A stretch of DNA of 63,961 nt, the filler included, from Reclinomonas americana ATCC 50394 (lineage: Eukaryota), in NCBI GenBank assembly GCA_048213135.1. It is 11 parts of 9 records of this genome, joined end to end, with 100 filler letters (N's around TTAATTAATTAA, not from the genome) between each part and the next. Parts side by side here need not be neighbours in the genome. Positions count along the whole stretch, not along the records: positions 35,833 to 40,628 come from AFZH01016529.1; positions 40,729 to 44,498 come from PS016044.1; positions 44,599 to 48,701 come from PS016044.1; positions 48,802 to 52,654 come from PS016044.1; 7 more parts are not named here. One strand, written 5' to 3'. Of the stretch, positions 37,732 through 50,137 are shown in pieces. The position numbers and the translations under genes are program-made. Within the stretch, counting starts at the first letter, position 1; each line of letters opens with the position of its first letter. A model generated the notes under the pieces. It had not been told where the DNA came from and made no database searches. It worked only from the letters and a program-made list of their open reading frames with translations.

Positions 37732-39957
37732 ATGGCAAACTTTGTCACGATTCCCTCTTCGTCTTCCTCCTCCTCCTCCGCGTCCTCGTGTGAGCTTGGT
37801 TCATGCGGGCTTGTGTGGCTGTGTGTGTGCATGGTGCTCGCGAGTGTCGTGTTTGTCGCTGTCCGTGAGCTGGCGCGATGGATGCTGCAGCATGTGTTGA
37901 TGCCCTCGGTGCCAAAGGGAACTGCACTGGCCACTGCTTTTCATAGGTGAGAGGCGAGAGAAAGATGGAGAGACAAGGGAGGGAATGAAGGAGGGCGGAC
38001 ATGGAAGAATGTCGTGTGTGGGAGAGAGAGTGTGTGACGCAACAAGGAGGTTCTTTGACTTGCAATGCTTTGTGTGATGACGTGTTTTTTGATTGCAGGT
38101 GCATGGCGAGTACAAAACAGTTTCCGGACGGCATTCGATTGCCTGCACGACATGCGGAGTTGACCAAGAGGTAATGCCCTCGTCATACTACAGTTGTCTT
38201 CCGCTGTGTGGGATATTCATCAATTTTTTCGGTAGATTTCTTCCGCCGCACTGGCGACTGATGCTCGAGTGGTTCCCGTCGTTTTGCGTGAAACACCGCT
38301 TCTCGTACATGCCGGGCATTGGGGCGTGTGTGGTGGCGCGCACGCGGTATATTGATGAGGAGGTGGAGCAGGCGTTGCGCGATCCGCGGCCCATGGCGTC
38401 GCTGCCGGAGCGCGAGGTCAAGTTTCGCCAGTTTGTGGTGTTGGGCGCGGGATTTGATACGCGGGGGTGGCAGTATGCGGAGGAGTCGCGGCGGGCGGGG
38501 GTGAAGTGGTTTGAGGGTGCGGGCGGAGGGGGAAGGGGGTAGGGGGGAGAGGGGGGAGAGGGGGAAGAGGGGGAAGGGAGGGCGGTAAGATGTGTTGTCT
38601 CTCACTCCTTCTCTCGCCAAGAGTGTGACGCAGGCTATGTTCCTTCAGACGTACTGCAGTGGTGTCTCTCACTCTTTCTCTTCTCGATTGTGTGGCCAAG
38701 AGTGTGAAGCAGTCTCTGTTCCTTCAGACGTACTGCAGTTTTGTCTCTCACTCTTTCTCTTCGCGATTGCGAAGCCAAGAGTGTGCGGCAGTCTCTGTGT
38801 TCACTAAGAAAGACGACGCAGTCACTGTTGTCTCTCACTCTTTCTCTTCTCGATTGTGTGTGGCTCGAGAGTGTGCAGTTGTCTTCGTGGTCACTCGGAA
38901 AGACGACGAATCGCTGCAGTGTCTGTCTCTCGCTCTTTCTCATCTCGATTGTGTGGCTCACATGTGAGCAGTAGTCTCCGTGATAACTCGAGACGACGGT
39001 GCACGCACTCCAGTGCCTATCTCTCTCTCTCTCTCTTTCTCTTCTCGAGAGTGTGCAGTGGTTGCAAGGCCTCTCGTGTCGCCCCGTTTGTCTCTCTCTC
39101 CTCTTCATCTCTGTAGATTCAGTCGTTTCTGTCTGCGTGCAGCTGAGCGTACAGCCATTCTCTTCCTCCTCTCTGTCTCACCCTCTGTCTCTCATGCCCA
39201 CCGCGCGCAGTGGACTTGGCGCCCATGCAAGAGTACAAGAAGCAACAGCTGACGCCGGAGGAGCTGCAGGTGTGTAGAAGACAAACACTCCGCCGTCACT
39301 CCGTGTTTCACTGACGCCCGCCCGCGCACAGATGGTCACCTTCATTCCGGTCGACTTCACCGCGGGTCAGTACGCACTGCGCGATGCGCTCGTCAACTGC
39401 CCATCGTTCGAGCAGAATGCACGCACGCTGTACATTTGGGAGGGCGTGACATACTACCTGAAGCCGGAGGAGGTCGATGCGGTGCTTGTCAGCCTGCGCC
39501 AGGTGTCGGGACCGCGCTCGGAGATTGTCTTCGATTTCGTGTGGCATACGGATATCATGCGCCCCGACCTACCGCCGCCAACACGCTATGGGTACGTGTA
39601 TAAAGCGTGCCTGTCTGCGGGGGGAAGGCCACTCGCTGATTCACTTTTCCCCTGATGCTTTCTGCAGTATGCGATTCCTCAACGAGGTCGTACGTCAGCG
39701 ATACGGCGAACCGCTGTTTTCCGGCATGCCCGACGGTTCGTGCAGCCAGCCTACCAGCTCCTCTGTGATGCCACCTCTCACGCCCTCGATGCCTCACATG
39801 CACAGGCAATCTGAGCACGTTCTTCGCTGATCGCGGATACCTCGTCATGCGCTGCGTGACGCCCGACGAGGCCCAGAAGCGCTACCTGACCGACAGCAGC
39901 GCCGGCATGTCAATCAAGCCGGTCAGTCTCAACTACGCCACTGTCTCACTCCTCTGA
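37732..39957 (+). CDS. SAM-dependent methyltransferase, LCM/Ppm1/TcmP family, with N-terminal TM
   Basis: TALATAFHR, ARTRYIDE, QFVVLGAGFDTR, WFE|VD, FIPVDF, TLYIWEGVTYYL, GEPLFSG. Confidence 0.9.
38595..39070. repeat. Degenerate minisatellite (about 65-90 nt unit) in the methyltransferase intron
   Basis: About 6 copies of 'gtctctcactctttctcttctcgattgtgtgg..agagtgtg..gcagt'. Confidence 0.85.
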
Positions 39958-40071
39958 CAAATCCTTCCCTCCTCTCTCTCTCTCTCCTTCCATGCCCTCC
40001 CTTCCAACGTCAATGAACACCGCGGAGGACTTTGTTGTGAGTTGTCCTCCGACTCAATCAATCGTACAAGA

Positions 40072-43000
40072 ATGGACGCAGAGCTCAGTCACCTTGTGTA
40101 CTTGGACTACAATGCATCGACGCCCATCTGCACAGCTGCACGCGATGCAATGCTTCCTTTCCTCGGAGCTTTCTTTGGCAATCCGAGCAGCTCACACGCC
40201 TTCGGAGTCGCACAAGTTCCTCTCTCTCTCACACACTCTCACTCTTGTGTGTGTGCAGTCTCTTACTCTCTGTGTGTCTTCTCAGAGAAAGGCGATTGAG
40301 AAAGCGCGACAACAGGTGGCCAGTGCGTTGCGAGTGACCGGAGGTCCCGATGAGATCATCTTCACCTCGGGAGGCAGTGAGAGCAACAACTATGCGATCA
40401 AGGGTGCAGTGATGCGGGCGAGGTGAGGGGCACAGTGATGAGAGAGAGAGGGGGAGGGAGGGAGGAGAGAGGGGGGAGAGAGAGAGAGAGAGAGACAGGT
40501 AGGGATGCAGGCAAGCAGACAAGCAGACAGTGCCTCAAAGACCACGCTTTCTTCCCTCTCTCTTCTCTCTCCCTGTTCCCCGCTGAAGAGCAAGGCAAGC
40601 AGTTAAGAAGATAGCCAAGCAGGGATGCNNNNNNNNNNNNNNNNNNNNNNNNNNNNNNNNNNNNNNNNNNNNTTAATTAATTAANNNNNNNNNNNNNNNN
40701 NNNNNNNNNNNNNNNNNNNNNNNNNNNNAGGCAGACTGCCTTACAGACATACAGGCAGGCAGGCAAACAGACAAGCAGACAGACAGACAGGCAGGCATGC
40801 AGACGAGCAGACATTACGACGAAGACCACTCATTCTTCCCCCTCACTCCCTTTGCCTCTCCTTCTCTCCTCGTTTGCCCTTCTCCCTGGAACAGCGCTCT
40901 GTACCTCAACAACGCAGGCGGTCACATTATTACGAGCAACGTGGAGCATCCGGCTGTGCTGGAGGTGTGTCGCGCACTTGAAAAATCCGTGCCAGCGTTC
41001 ACTGTGTCGTACGTGGAGGCCGATGAGAGTGGTCTCGTGTCGGCCGACGCAGTCATGCGAGCGGTGCGCGATGACACGCTGCTCATCACGATCATGCACG
41101 TCAACAATGAGGTCGGCACGGTGAACCCGATTGCGGAGATTTGTCGGCGCGTGAGGGAGCTGAATGCGGCGCAGCCTGGTCGCCGGGCGCCGGTGCTGGT
41201 GCACACGGATGCGGCGCAGTCTATTGGCAAAATCCCTACGTTTGTCGACGAGTTGGGCGTGGATCTGCTGTCGGTGTGCTCGCACAAGTTCTACGGACCG
41301 AAAGGTGTCGGGGCGCTGTACATTCGACGCGGGGTGCAGCTGGAGAAGCAGTTGCATGGAGGTGAGAGACTGTGTGTGTGCGTGAGAGCTGGTCACGGCC
41401 CTGAATGTCTCTGTGTGTGTGTGCAGCCAATCACGAGCGCAACATGAGACCAGGCACGGAGAATGTGTTGGAGATTGTCGGCATGGGTGCCGCCATCGAG
41501 GACATGGTGCGCAATCTCGACAAGAACGCAGCGCACATGCGATGCATGCGGGACGCACTGCACACGGCACTCGAGGCAGCGTTTCCGCCGCCCCTCACAC
41601 GCCTGAATGGCCACCCCACGGAGCGCCTGCCCAACACACTCAAGTTTCGTTTTCCAGCGATCATCTCGTTCCCTCTTCACTGCTGTTAGTTGTGACTTCT
41701 TCGCACCCCACGCAGCATCGGCTTCCGTAACGTGGAGGGCAGCTCGGTGCTGGATGCGTTGAGCGACACGCTGGCGGCGTCCGCTGGTGCCGCCTGTCAC
41801 AGTGGCGACGATGCCATCTCGTACGTGTTGCGCGCGATGCACGTGCCGGAGGAGTACTCTCGCGGCTCCTTGCGTCTGTCCACTGGCGTGCTGACCACGG
41901 AGGAGGAACTGGAGCGCATTATGCCCAAGTTCATCGAGGTGGTACGAGGACTGATGCCAAAGGAGGAGGCACATGACGGGGAGGAGGAGGAAGGGGAGGC
42001 GTGTGCGTTTCTGCATGCGGATTTGAAGTTGCGGCATCGCTGTGCCACAGTTGTGGTCTTCGCTTCCTCGAGCTGATGGTGTGTGGTGTGCAGGTCGATT
42101 CGACTCACCACCACCACCCACGGTCTGGGCTGTGGGTGCAAGCTGCGCCCGCAACTGCTGGAGCAGGTGTTGCGGAATCTGCCACCACCCTCCGACCCGA
42201 ACGTGCTGGTGGCCACCTCGACGGCAGACGACGCTGGCATCTACAAACTCAGCGATACGCTGGCCCTGGTGCAGACCGTTGACTTTTTCACACCCGTGGT
42301 CGACGATGCGTACATGTTTGGCGCCATTGCCGCCGCCAATGCCATTTCTGATGTGTGCGTACACTTGTGGCAGTGCATTCCCCTCGATACTGGTGCCAAC
42401 CACCTCTTCCTCCAGGTATGCCATGGGTGGCATTCCGCTGACGGCGCTGAATATCGTTGGTTTCCCGTCGTCTCGATTGCCGCTGGCGGTGCTGGAGGCG
42501 GTGTTGCGGGGCGCAGCAGACAAGGCCGCCGAAGCTGGCGTCTCCATTCTGGGTGGTGGGTGCTGTGCAAGCTGCAGTGCTTTCTATGGTGATGCTTATT
42601 GCGGGCAGGCCACTCGGTGGAGGACCTGGAACTCAAGTTTGGCATGGCGGTGACGGGAACAGTGCACCCGGATCGTGTGTGGTCGAATGCCACCATGGAG
42701 GCCAACGACGTGCTGATTCTGACAAAGCCACGTGCGTTTTTTTCAGCCCTTCTTCTTTGTGCTCTGTGTGTGCGAGACTCACGTGCTGTCGACAGTTGGA
42801 GTCGGCATTCTGAGCACGGCGGTGAAACGGCGAATGGTCGACGATAGCACGGCGCAGCTCGCCGCGCGGACCATGGCCCAGTTGAACAAGTACGCCGCCG
42901 AGTGTGTGCTGAAGACGCAACTCCGCGTCACTGTGCATGCGTGCACCGACGTGACGGTGAGAGAGTGTGCGTGTCGGCGGTGGTGTGATCCTCATCTGAT

Positions 43001-43490
43001 GTTGACTCTCAACAGGGATTCGGTCTGCTCGGCCACCTGCGCGAGATGGTGGGAGGCAGTCGTGCGCGGGCAGGTCACGAGCACCTGGTGTGTGAGTTGT
43101 ACACGTCGGCAGTCCCCTTCCTGCCGCACGTGGAGGAGCTCGCTGTCGGCAATGTGGCCATTCCGGGCGGCACTCGCGACAATCTCGCATACTCCGCCTC
43201 GAGCACCAACTTTGAGCCGAGTTGCGCCGCACGTGCAGCCGCTTGCTACTGACTCGATACTCACACACACTCCTTTTGGTGCAGGCATTCCCCAACACAT
43301 GCGCCTGATGCTGGCCGATTCGCAGACGTCGGGCGGTCTGCTGCTGTGCGTGTCTGGCGAGGATGTAGAGGCACTCGTCGACGAGCTGCGCAGTGTCACT
43401 GACGACGTCGCGTGTGTGATTGGGCGTGTGCGGAACGGCAGTCCCGACGAAGCACCTGTGCAGGTGCTCAGAGAAGCGCCCGCTGAATGA
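40072..43490 (+). CDS. Selenocysteine lyase/NifS-like domain fused to selenophosphate synthetase (SelD, Cys form)
   Basis: [62 protein letters not shown]. In-frame splice 42000/42094 gives [24 protein letters not shown], then [48 protein letters not shown]. Confidence 0.93.
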
Positions 43491-43515
43491 AGGAGACGGA
43501 AAGCAACACAATTGT

Positions 43516-46500
43516 TTATGAGCATGGACATAATCGGGTGGTGTGCGGGTGCTGACTCGTGCACTGCGGCACCTCCTCTGTGATGAGACACCGTTCTGTG
43601 GAGACACACACAAAAGGGGATGAGGAGGCAGGCTTCCACAGCACTGCAATCGCAGGGAGACGCACGATAGTTGCGGTCGCGTGATTCGGGCACATAGACG
43701 GGGATTTCAGTGCCCCATTCAAGGAAACAGCCTACAAGATGGTCGTGAGCGACGCAGCTCGTTTCGGCAAGCGTGCAACACAAAGTTCGTACCTCGCTGA
43801 CTGCCACACTCGAAGAACTCATACAACGTGTGGCAGTGGTTGATGTAATCAAAGCTCGACGACTCGCACGACAGGCCAACGTTTGCGCACGCTGCACACA
43901 CACACACAAGAATTAAAACACCCACCACGTCTCAAGAATTCAACGTCACACGCACCATTGACGCAGTTCTGATCCCGCTCCGCTCGCACAACTTGAATGT
44001 TCTCCAACGCCTTTTCCAAATCGTTGGCATACGTCTGTGTACCTGCGCGTGAGCCAACAATGCCACTGCCACTTCTCTTTCTCTCCAGTCTCCCACGGAA
44101 CTGGAACGTAGGGCGAGAGCGTGGCACTGGCCAGAATCAGGACGTGCTTGCCGTGCAAGTTGTAGAGGATCTGTGCGTGGCGGTGGTGCGCACGCGGTGT
44201 GGACCAGAGGCCGAGTGCACCGGCAATGCCCGCGAATGCAGGTTTGGCGTACGGAACCAGGAAGACGCCGGGTGCACGACTCTCCAGCGACTGGAAGTTG
44301 GAAAAGTTCGTCTCCAGCACCGTGGCCATCGAGAGCAGTTTGCGCAAGTCCCGTTCGTGTTCCTGCGAGAAGGGGGAGGTGGGGAAGGGGAAGGGAAAGG
44401 GGAAGGGGAAAGGGAGGAGGGGGGAGGGGAGAAGACCGAAGGGGGAAGACGGAAGGGGAAGACGGAAGGGGGAAGACTGAAGGGGGAAGACCGAAGGGNN
44501 NNNNNNNNNNNNNNNNNNNNNNNNNNNNNNNNNNNNNNNNNNTTAATTAATTAANNNNNNNNNNNNNNNNNNNNNNNNNNNNNNNNNNNNNNNNNNNNGG
44601 GGGAAGACCGAAGGAAGGCGAACGGGGAGAGAAGAAAGGGTCCATACCTGGAACAGCATACGAGAGACATCACCGAGATAGACGTCGGGCTTGTCGGCAA
44701 ACGCTACGTTGCGGAAGAAACGATCATACTCGGCATTGTTCACGTCTACTTGCCACAGGTTCAGAATGTGTCTGCTCGTGTACGCACGAGTCCAGCGACG
44801 CAACTGGTGCCTGTCTCGCCAATGTTGTAATTGCGTGAGATCTCTGGAACAACACACTGGCGTCCACGATTCACAGAGTCGATGCGCATGCCGTGGTCCC
44901 AGTGGTCGTTGGACCATGAGTTGCGAATCTGGATGAATGAAGACAGACAAGGTGTGAGCCACAGCACGATAGAGACGAGGTGAATGCTTTCGACTACCGA
45001 GGAGAGTCTTCGCATTACAAACCTCCATCCACACTTCACGACTGAGTATCCAACCGAGACCCGGGAAGAAGCTGGTTCTCCGCAACCGTGCCAGATTCTG
45101 CTCCACCAGATGGTTGAAGCCGTTGTCGTTCCACGTCGACACACACCACAGTGACGGATCGGCAGCCAGCAACGGCGCCAGCTGCTCGAAGAATTGCAGC
45201 AGATCAGGCGAGAACAACATGTCTGCACACAGTCGTGTATGAGAGAGATGGAAAAGACTGCGCTTTGCCCGCATACAAAGCCACCAACCGTCCTCGAGCA
45301 GAATGGCGTGCGTGTGCTTCTTTTGCACAAACACGCGATCGAGGGCCTCCCTGCACCACGCGCTCATGAGCGCAGCAAAAACATGGCTACACCCCACTTG
45401 CGCAACGCGATGACACGTACTTGTAATGCGCTGCAATGAACGCCGTGCCAGTCTCCTGCGCGCCCGGAAGGCGCACGTGATCGCGTTGCACGTGCACGAA
45501 ACTCGGGTTCGCGGCCTGCACCAGCGGCCCGATGCGCCGTCCGCGCCCATCCTCCGACACATACACCGTGATGTCTCCCACGAGGCGCACTTTGTTCAGA
45601 CTCTCCAACGTGCGCTGGAGGTACGTGGTGCGATCATACGTCAACACGATAACAGCGGCGTCCTTCAAGTACTTGAGCGATTGCTGTGCGATAGAGACAG
45701 GTCTGAGTAAAAACGACCAGCGTTCGTCACCGTGTGACGTGGAGAACGAAACTGGCGCCTTCCCGCTCTCAATGTACACACTATCGACCCTCTCAGCCGC
45801 CACCCATTCGCGCGTGCCCGGCAGCCGTCGTTCATGCGACGCCCGCACCAGATCCAAGTACGGCAGATACTCGGGAAAGTCTCGCTGCGATTGCGCCACC
45901 ACCTGCACCAACAGCAGAGTCAACACGCGCTGCACAATCTCTCAACGCGCTGCACAACTCGCACCATTCGCAGCTGCACGCCCTTGCCGGGCGGGAACAA
46001 CTTCTTCGGCATCGCATCCGGTCGGATCAACACTGGCTGTGTGACAGCTGCGCCCTCCTCCTCACCACCTGCATCATCCTCATCCCCACCACTCGACGAC
46101 GACACTGGCGATTCCACAGGCGGTTCTGGCTCCACAGAAGGCGGTTCCAGATCCAGCGGATTCTGCTCACACCAACGATTAAGCGGTGGTGGATTTCTCG
46201 CGCGCCTATCCTCAATTGCAAACTGACCGATTCCTCTGTTGTCTCGCTCACTGGTGGAGGAGGTGGAGGTGCAGGTCGTCTCTTCTTCGACTTGCCACCA
46301 CGTCGTTTCCTTCGCTGTTTTTGTGGTGTTGGCGACTGTTCCTGTTCCTCTCGTCGTCGACGAATGTCATCCAACTGTGCTGCGTATCGATCAATGCGCT
46401 GACGGAAGGCCGCAGTGCCGGGAATGTCAGCGGAGGCTGTCTGTGACTCCTCCTCCTGTGTGTCACCTCCACTTGTGTTATTGTTGTTGCGTGTGAGCTG

Positions 46501-46584
46501 GAAGAGGAGAATGAGGCCGGTCAGGCAGAGAATGGCGGTGATGGTGTGTGTGCTTGTCCATTGGCGACGGACGAGCAGTGCCAT
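43516..46584 (-). CDS. GT13 N-acetylglucosaminyltransferase I (GnT-I/MGAT1/POMGNT1-like) with Cys-rich C-terminal domain
   Basis: Type II TM; VYVSEDG, IAAHYK, AILLED|DM, WCVSTWNDNG, RTSFFPGLGW, HWDHGMR, CVVPEISRNYNIG; C-terminus QNCVNAC...LSCE..F.YIN.C...RLCPC. Confidence 0.9.
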
Positions 46585-47178
46585 CGTCGCGCGCGTGCCA
46601 ACACAATACAAATAAAAAGTGATTCGTGGCAGGACATTTTGTGACAAGTGTCACTTTCGTGAATGTGAGTGCGTGTGTGTGTGTGTGTGGCGAGAAGGGT
46701 GGAGGCGGAGTGGTGCACTTGGCTTTCCCATCTACCTGCGTTCTTGGTTGTTTTCGAGTGACGTCGATGTCGATTGATATCGCGACGTTTATTGCTTCCC
46801 CACATCAGCATAGGTTCCCCGTTTGCAAATACGAATACAACTGCGTGGTAGTGGCTCTGGAGATCGAGTTCCCGCAATGTGCAAACCAGAACTCAATCTG
46901 TTCGCAGCTGCATCGCAGAAAAGGAAAATCCGTCCTGGAGGCTATACTATGCAAAATCGTGCGACGTCGCCTGGTTTCGCGTAAGCACGATGAGGCACGG
47001 TAACAAAGTGCATCTTCTAGCTGCTGCAGACGTGGACGATGCTGGTGTTTTCACGACTCAAAATTCTGTACTGTACTTTTTTTGCTAAACAATTGCTTGG
47101 TTTTCTCTTCGTGCTCTTTCTCTCAAAACTTTCTCTCCCGCTCGTCCACGCCGCGGACTGGCTCGCCAGGTCGACCGC

Positions 47179-48227
47179 TCATGTGGCCATGTGCGCTCGT
47201 CGCGACGGCACCGCGTCTTCGACCACCGATCCACCCGGCGACATGACGTTGATCGTCGGCGGCGACTTGACGTCGTCGTGCGACACAATGCCCGAGCCAC
47301 CGACTCCACCACCAGCGCCACCAACACCGCTGCCCACACGCACCGCGGGCACGGTCAGCGACGAGGACTTGGGCGACTTGCTGCCGGCAGCACTGCCCGA
47401 AAAGTGCTCCTGCATGATCATGCGACCCTGCTCCGCCATCTGCTTGGCCATCGCTCGCAGCTGCACATCGGTCTGGATCTGTCGCAGTCTTCTGCGCACC
47501 GGATCGCTCTTCAACTTGCCACCACCACCACCCTGTATCGCGTGCGTCATTGCATGAGATATCGAATCCGGACACGAGCAAGAAAGACAGAGAATGAGAG
47601 AGACGCACAGTGGTGGACGCCATGCTCTGTGGAGTCGACGGCCGCCCCGCTCCACCTGCATGACTCGGCGACAACATCGCCGCCTGCTGTGCAGCAGCTG
47701 TCCTGGCACTCTCCAACGCCGTCTGCAAGCCCAACACCTCCATCTCCAGCTGCATAATGCGTCGATCGCGCTGCGCCATCAGCTCCTGCAACATGAGGTT
47801 CTCCGCCCACAGTTGCCGATTCTCATCAAAGAGCGTGTCGCCTTCCATGGTCGCCTGACTCAGCGCGTCGCGAAGTGAGGCTGCCTCGTGATCGGAAAAG
47901 TCCTGTCAGGAGGAGGGGGAACGAAAGGCGGAGTGTGAGCGGAGTGAGGAGGGAAGTTGAGTGCGCGTGTGTGACACAGTGTGTGTAAGGAGAGAAGAAG
48001 GCTATGTTTGGCACGAATTGTGTCCCAACCTCAAGTGGTGGAGAGTGTGTCTCTGTGTGATCACTCTCTGTCTTTCTCTCTCTTGTGTGTGTGTGTTCGT
48101 TGTGAGAAGGTGTGTGGTGTGTGTGTGACAGAGTGGAAGACGAGGTCGCTTTTGTGTGTGTGTCTGACTGTGTGTGTCTCACCTCTGTCGCGTCACCCGC
48201 ACTGTGATCATCCACGAAATCCATCAT
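47179..48227 (-). CDS. Hypothetical coiled-coil protein, 3 exons
   Basis: MMDFVDDHSAGDATE|DFSDHEAASLRDAL..ENRQLWAENLMLQELMAQRDRRIMQLE..|GGGGGKLKSDPVRRRL; in-frame GT-AG joins. Confidence 0.6.
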
Positions 48228-48559
48228 TGCGCGCTGTTCTCTCTCTCTTTCTCTTTCTGTTTGTGTGTGTGTGTGTGTGTTCTGCGCGCGCAAGTGTGTG
48301 TGTGTGTGTTGCTTGTTCTCTCTCGCTCACTCGTAATCAATTTGTCGGAGAAAGTTGATGGTGTTTGTTATTCCGTGTGTACTTATTAGTGTCTACTTGG
48401 CAGTGTCGACGACAATGAGTGGTGATGAGGTTGTTGTTGTTGTTGTGGATTATGACAGTGCGGTTGATGGGAAGATGACGGTGATGGAGGAGGTGGTTGT
48501 GGGCGATGATATGGATGGAAGGGCGACGAGAGTTGCGTCAAGGGAGGAGGGAGGAGAAA

Positions 48560-48960
48560 AGCTTCTGTCTCGAGTCTGCTGATCTCGATCTTCATGCAGG
48601 AGAAGCACTTCAAAATAGTATCTGCCCTGCGTGGATGATCTGTCTCGAGTCTGTTGATCGTGAGCTTGTGAGACCAGGTGATGAAGGAGGAGGAGAAGAG
48701 GNNNNNNNNNNNNNNNNNNNNNNNNNNNNNNNNNNNNNNNNNNNNTTAATTAATTAANNNNNNNNNNNNNNNNNNNNNNNNNNNNNNNNNNNNNNNNNNN
48801 NGGAGAAGAAGATCTGTGTTTAGTATCAGAGGGTAGCAGTCTTTTGTATCGTTGGTTTGGCATTTTTTGTCTCGAGTCTGTGAGTCAATTGTCGTGCCTG
48901 CTGAGAAGGGCAGAGAAAGTACTGTCCTCCTTGCCTTGTCTCGAGTCTGTTGATCGTGAA
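48560..48960. repeat. Short dispersed repeat 'tgtctcgagtctgttgatc' on both sides of a gap
   Basis: Copies near 48566, 48641, 48868 and 48936. Confidence 0.6.
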
Positions 48961-49187
48961 CGTGAGACTGGGAAAGCGAATACTATGAAGAAGACAAGAA
49001 AATGGAGGAGGCGAGAAAACACCTTTCTCTTCCCTGTTCTTTGCATGCCATCCTGGCCTTTGTATGCCTTCCTGCTCACTGGGATCGACAACCTGGCTCA
49101 GATCAGTGTCACTGTTTCTCTCTCGGTCTCTTTCTTGCTCCCTCTCCCTCCTCTGCCAACGCTCATTGCTTTTCCCCTCGATCGCAG

Positions 49188-49972
49188 TGCCCGGAATGGT
49201 GCGACGGTCATCCCTCCACCCATCCACTCTTGCTCGTGTTGTTCTCACGTGACTCCCTCATTTTGTCGCAGGGGCGTGGAGTTCGAGGGTGCCAAACACG
49301 CGTTCTTCCACATGACAGCTGAAACGTGGGAGGCCATGGTGCGCGAGGGCAATCGGTGTGAGCGGACTCGATTGGTGTTGGAAACGGTGCGCGATCGATG
49401 TCGGCACACTCTGTGTATCGCCGCGCTCATCTTCTCATCTCACACGTCGTGTCGCAGCTGTATCTTCTCACAGGGGAGCGATTCTGCATCGGTGCCAGTG
49501 CCGAGGGCAGGTGAGGATTCGTTATTGAGAAAGGCGGTCGCCTATCTTCCCACTCAAACCGCCTGCTTCTCGCAGGTGGCATGACGTGTTGCACGCTTCA
49601 CGCGGCACTCATCCCACTCCTCTTCTGCGAGGTGAGTGGCTGTCGTGTGTGTGTGACGCGCACCGAGTGTTGCTGACCCGCGTCGACAGGAATTCATGAC
49701 ACATCGGTGGAAGACTTTGTTCGCGGTATGTGTGTCTCTGCGACACCGTGCTCATGCCGCCGCCACCACTGACTTCGTCTTCTCTCTATGCAGACGAGCC
49801 TCGTGTGCAGCGATATCGGCAACGCATCAGCATGCTACAACGTGCCGATCTATCCACCGTGTCCAACACTGTCCGGCAGGCTGCGGAGTTCGCGCTGCGT
49901 GCGTGGGAGATTGTGCTCGAGCAGAAGGAGGCGACGCCGACCACGGCACTTCAGCGCATGACATCGGCATGA
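49188..49972 (+). CDS. Hypothetical multi-exon protein, 3' part
   Basis: Series of short GT-AG-bounded exons (GVEFEGAKHAFFHMTAETWEAMVREGNR ... EPRVQRYRQRISMLQ..); no recognisable family. Confidence 0.4.
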
Positions 49973-50137
49973 GACACTTGGGATGATCCATTCTCGACAC
50001 GCAGACACGGCCCGCCATTGCATCGGCCAACACGGCGGCGATCAGCAACTAACAAGATCGCGGAGCCTTTTTTACCATAGGATGATTTCCAATGAGACTG
50101 AGAAAGAGAGAGAGACGAGAGATGGGAGCGCACACTT

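Noticed and set aside
38595..39070. Possible CRISPR-like repeat-spacer array
   Set aside because: The whole unit is degenerate and homologous with no unique spacers; it is intronic, eukaryotic, and there are no cas genes.
42120..42145. SelD as a selenoprotein
   Set aside because: The active-site codon is TGT (Cys); there is no in-frame TGA in the spliced SelD.
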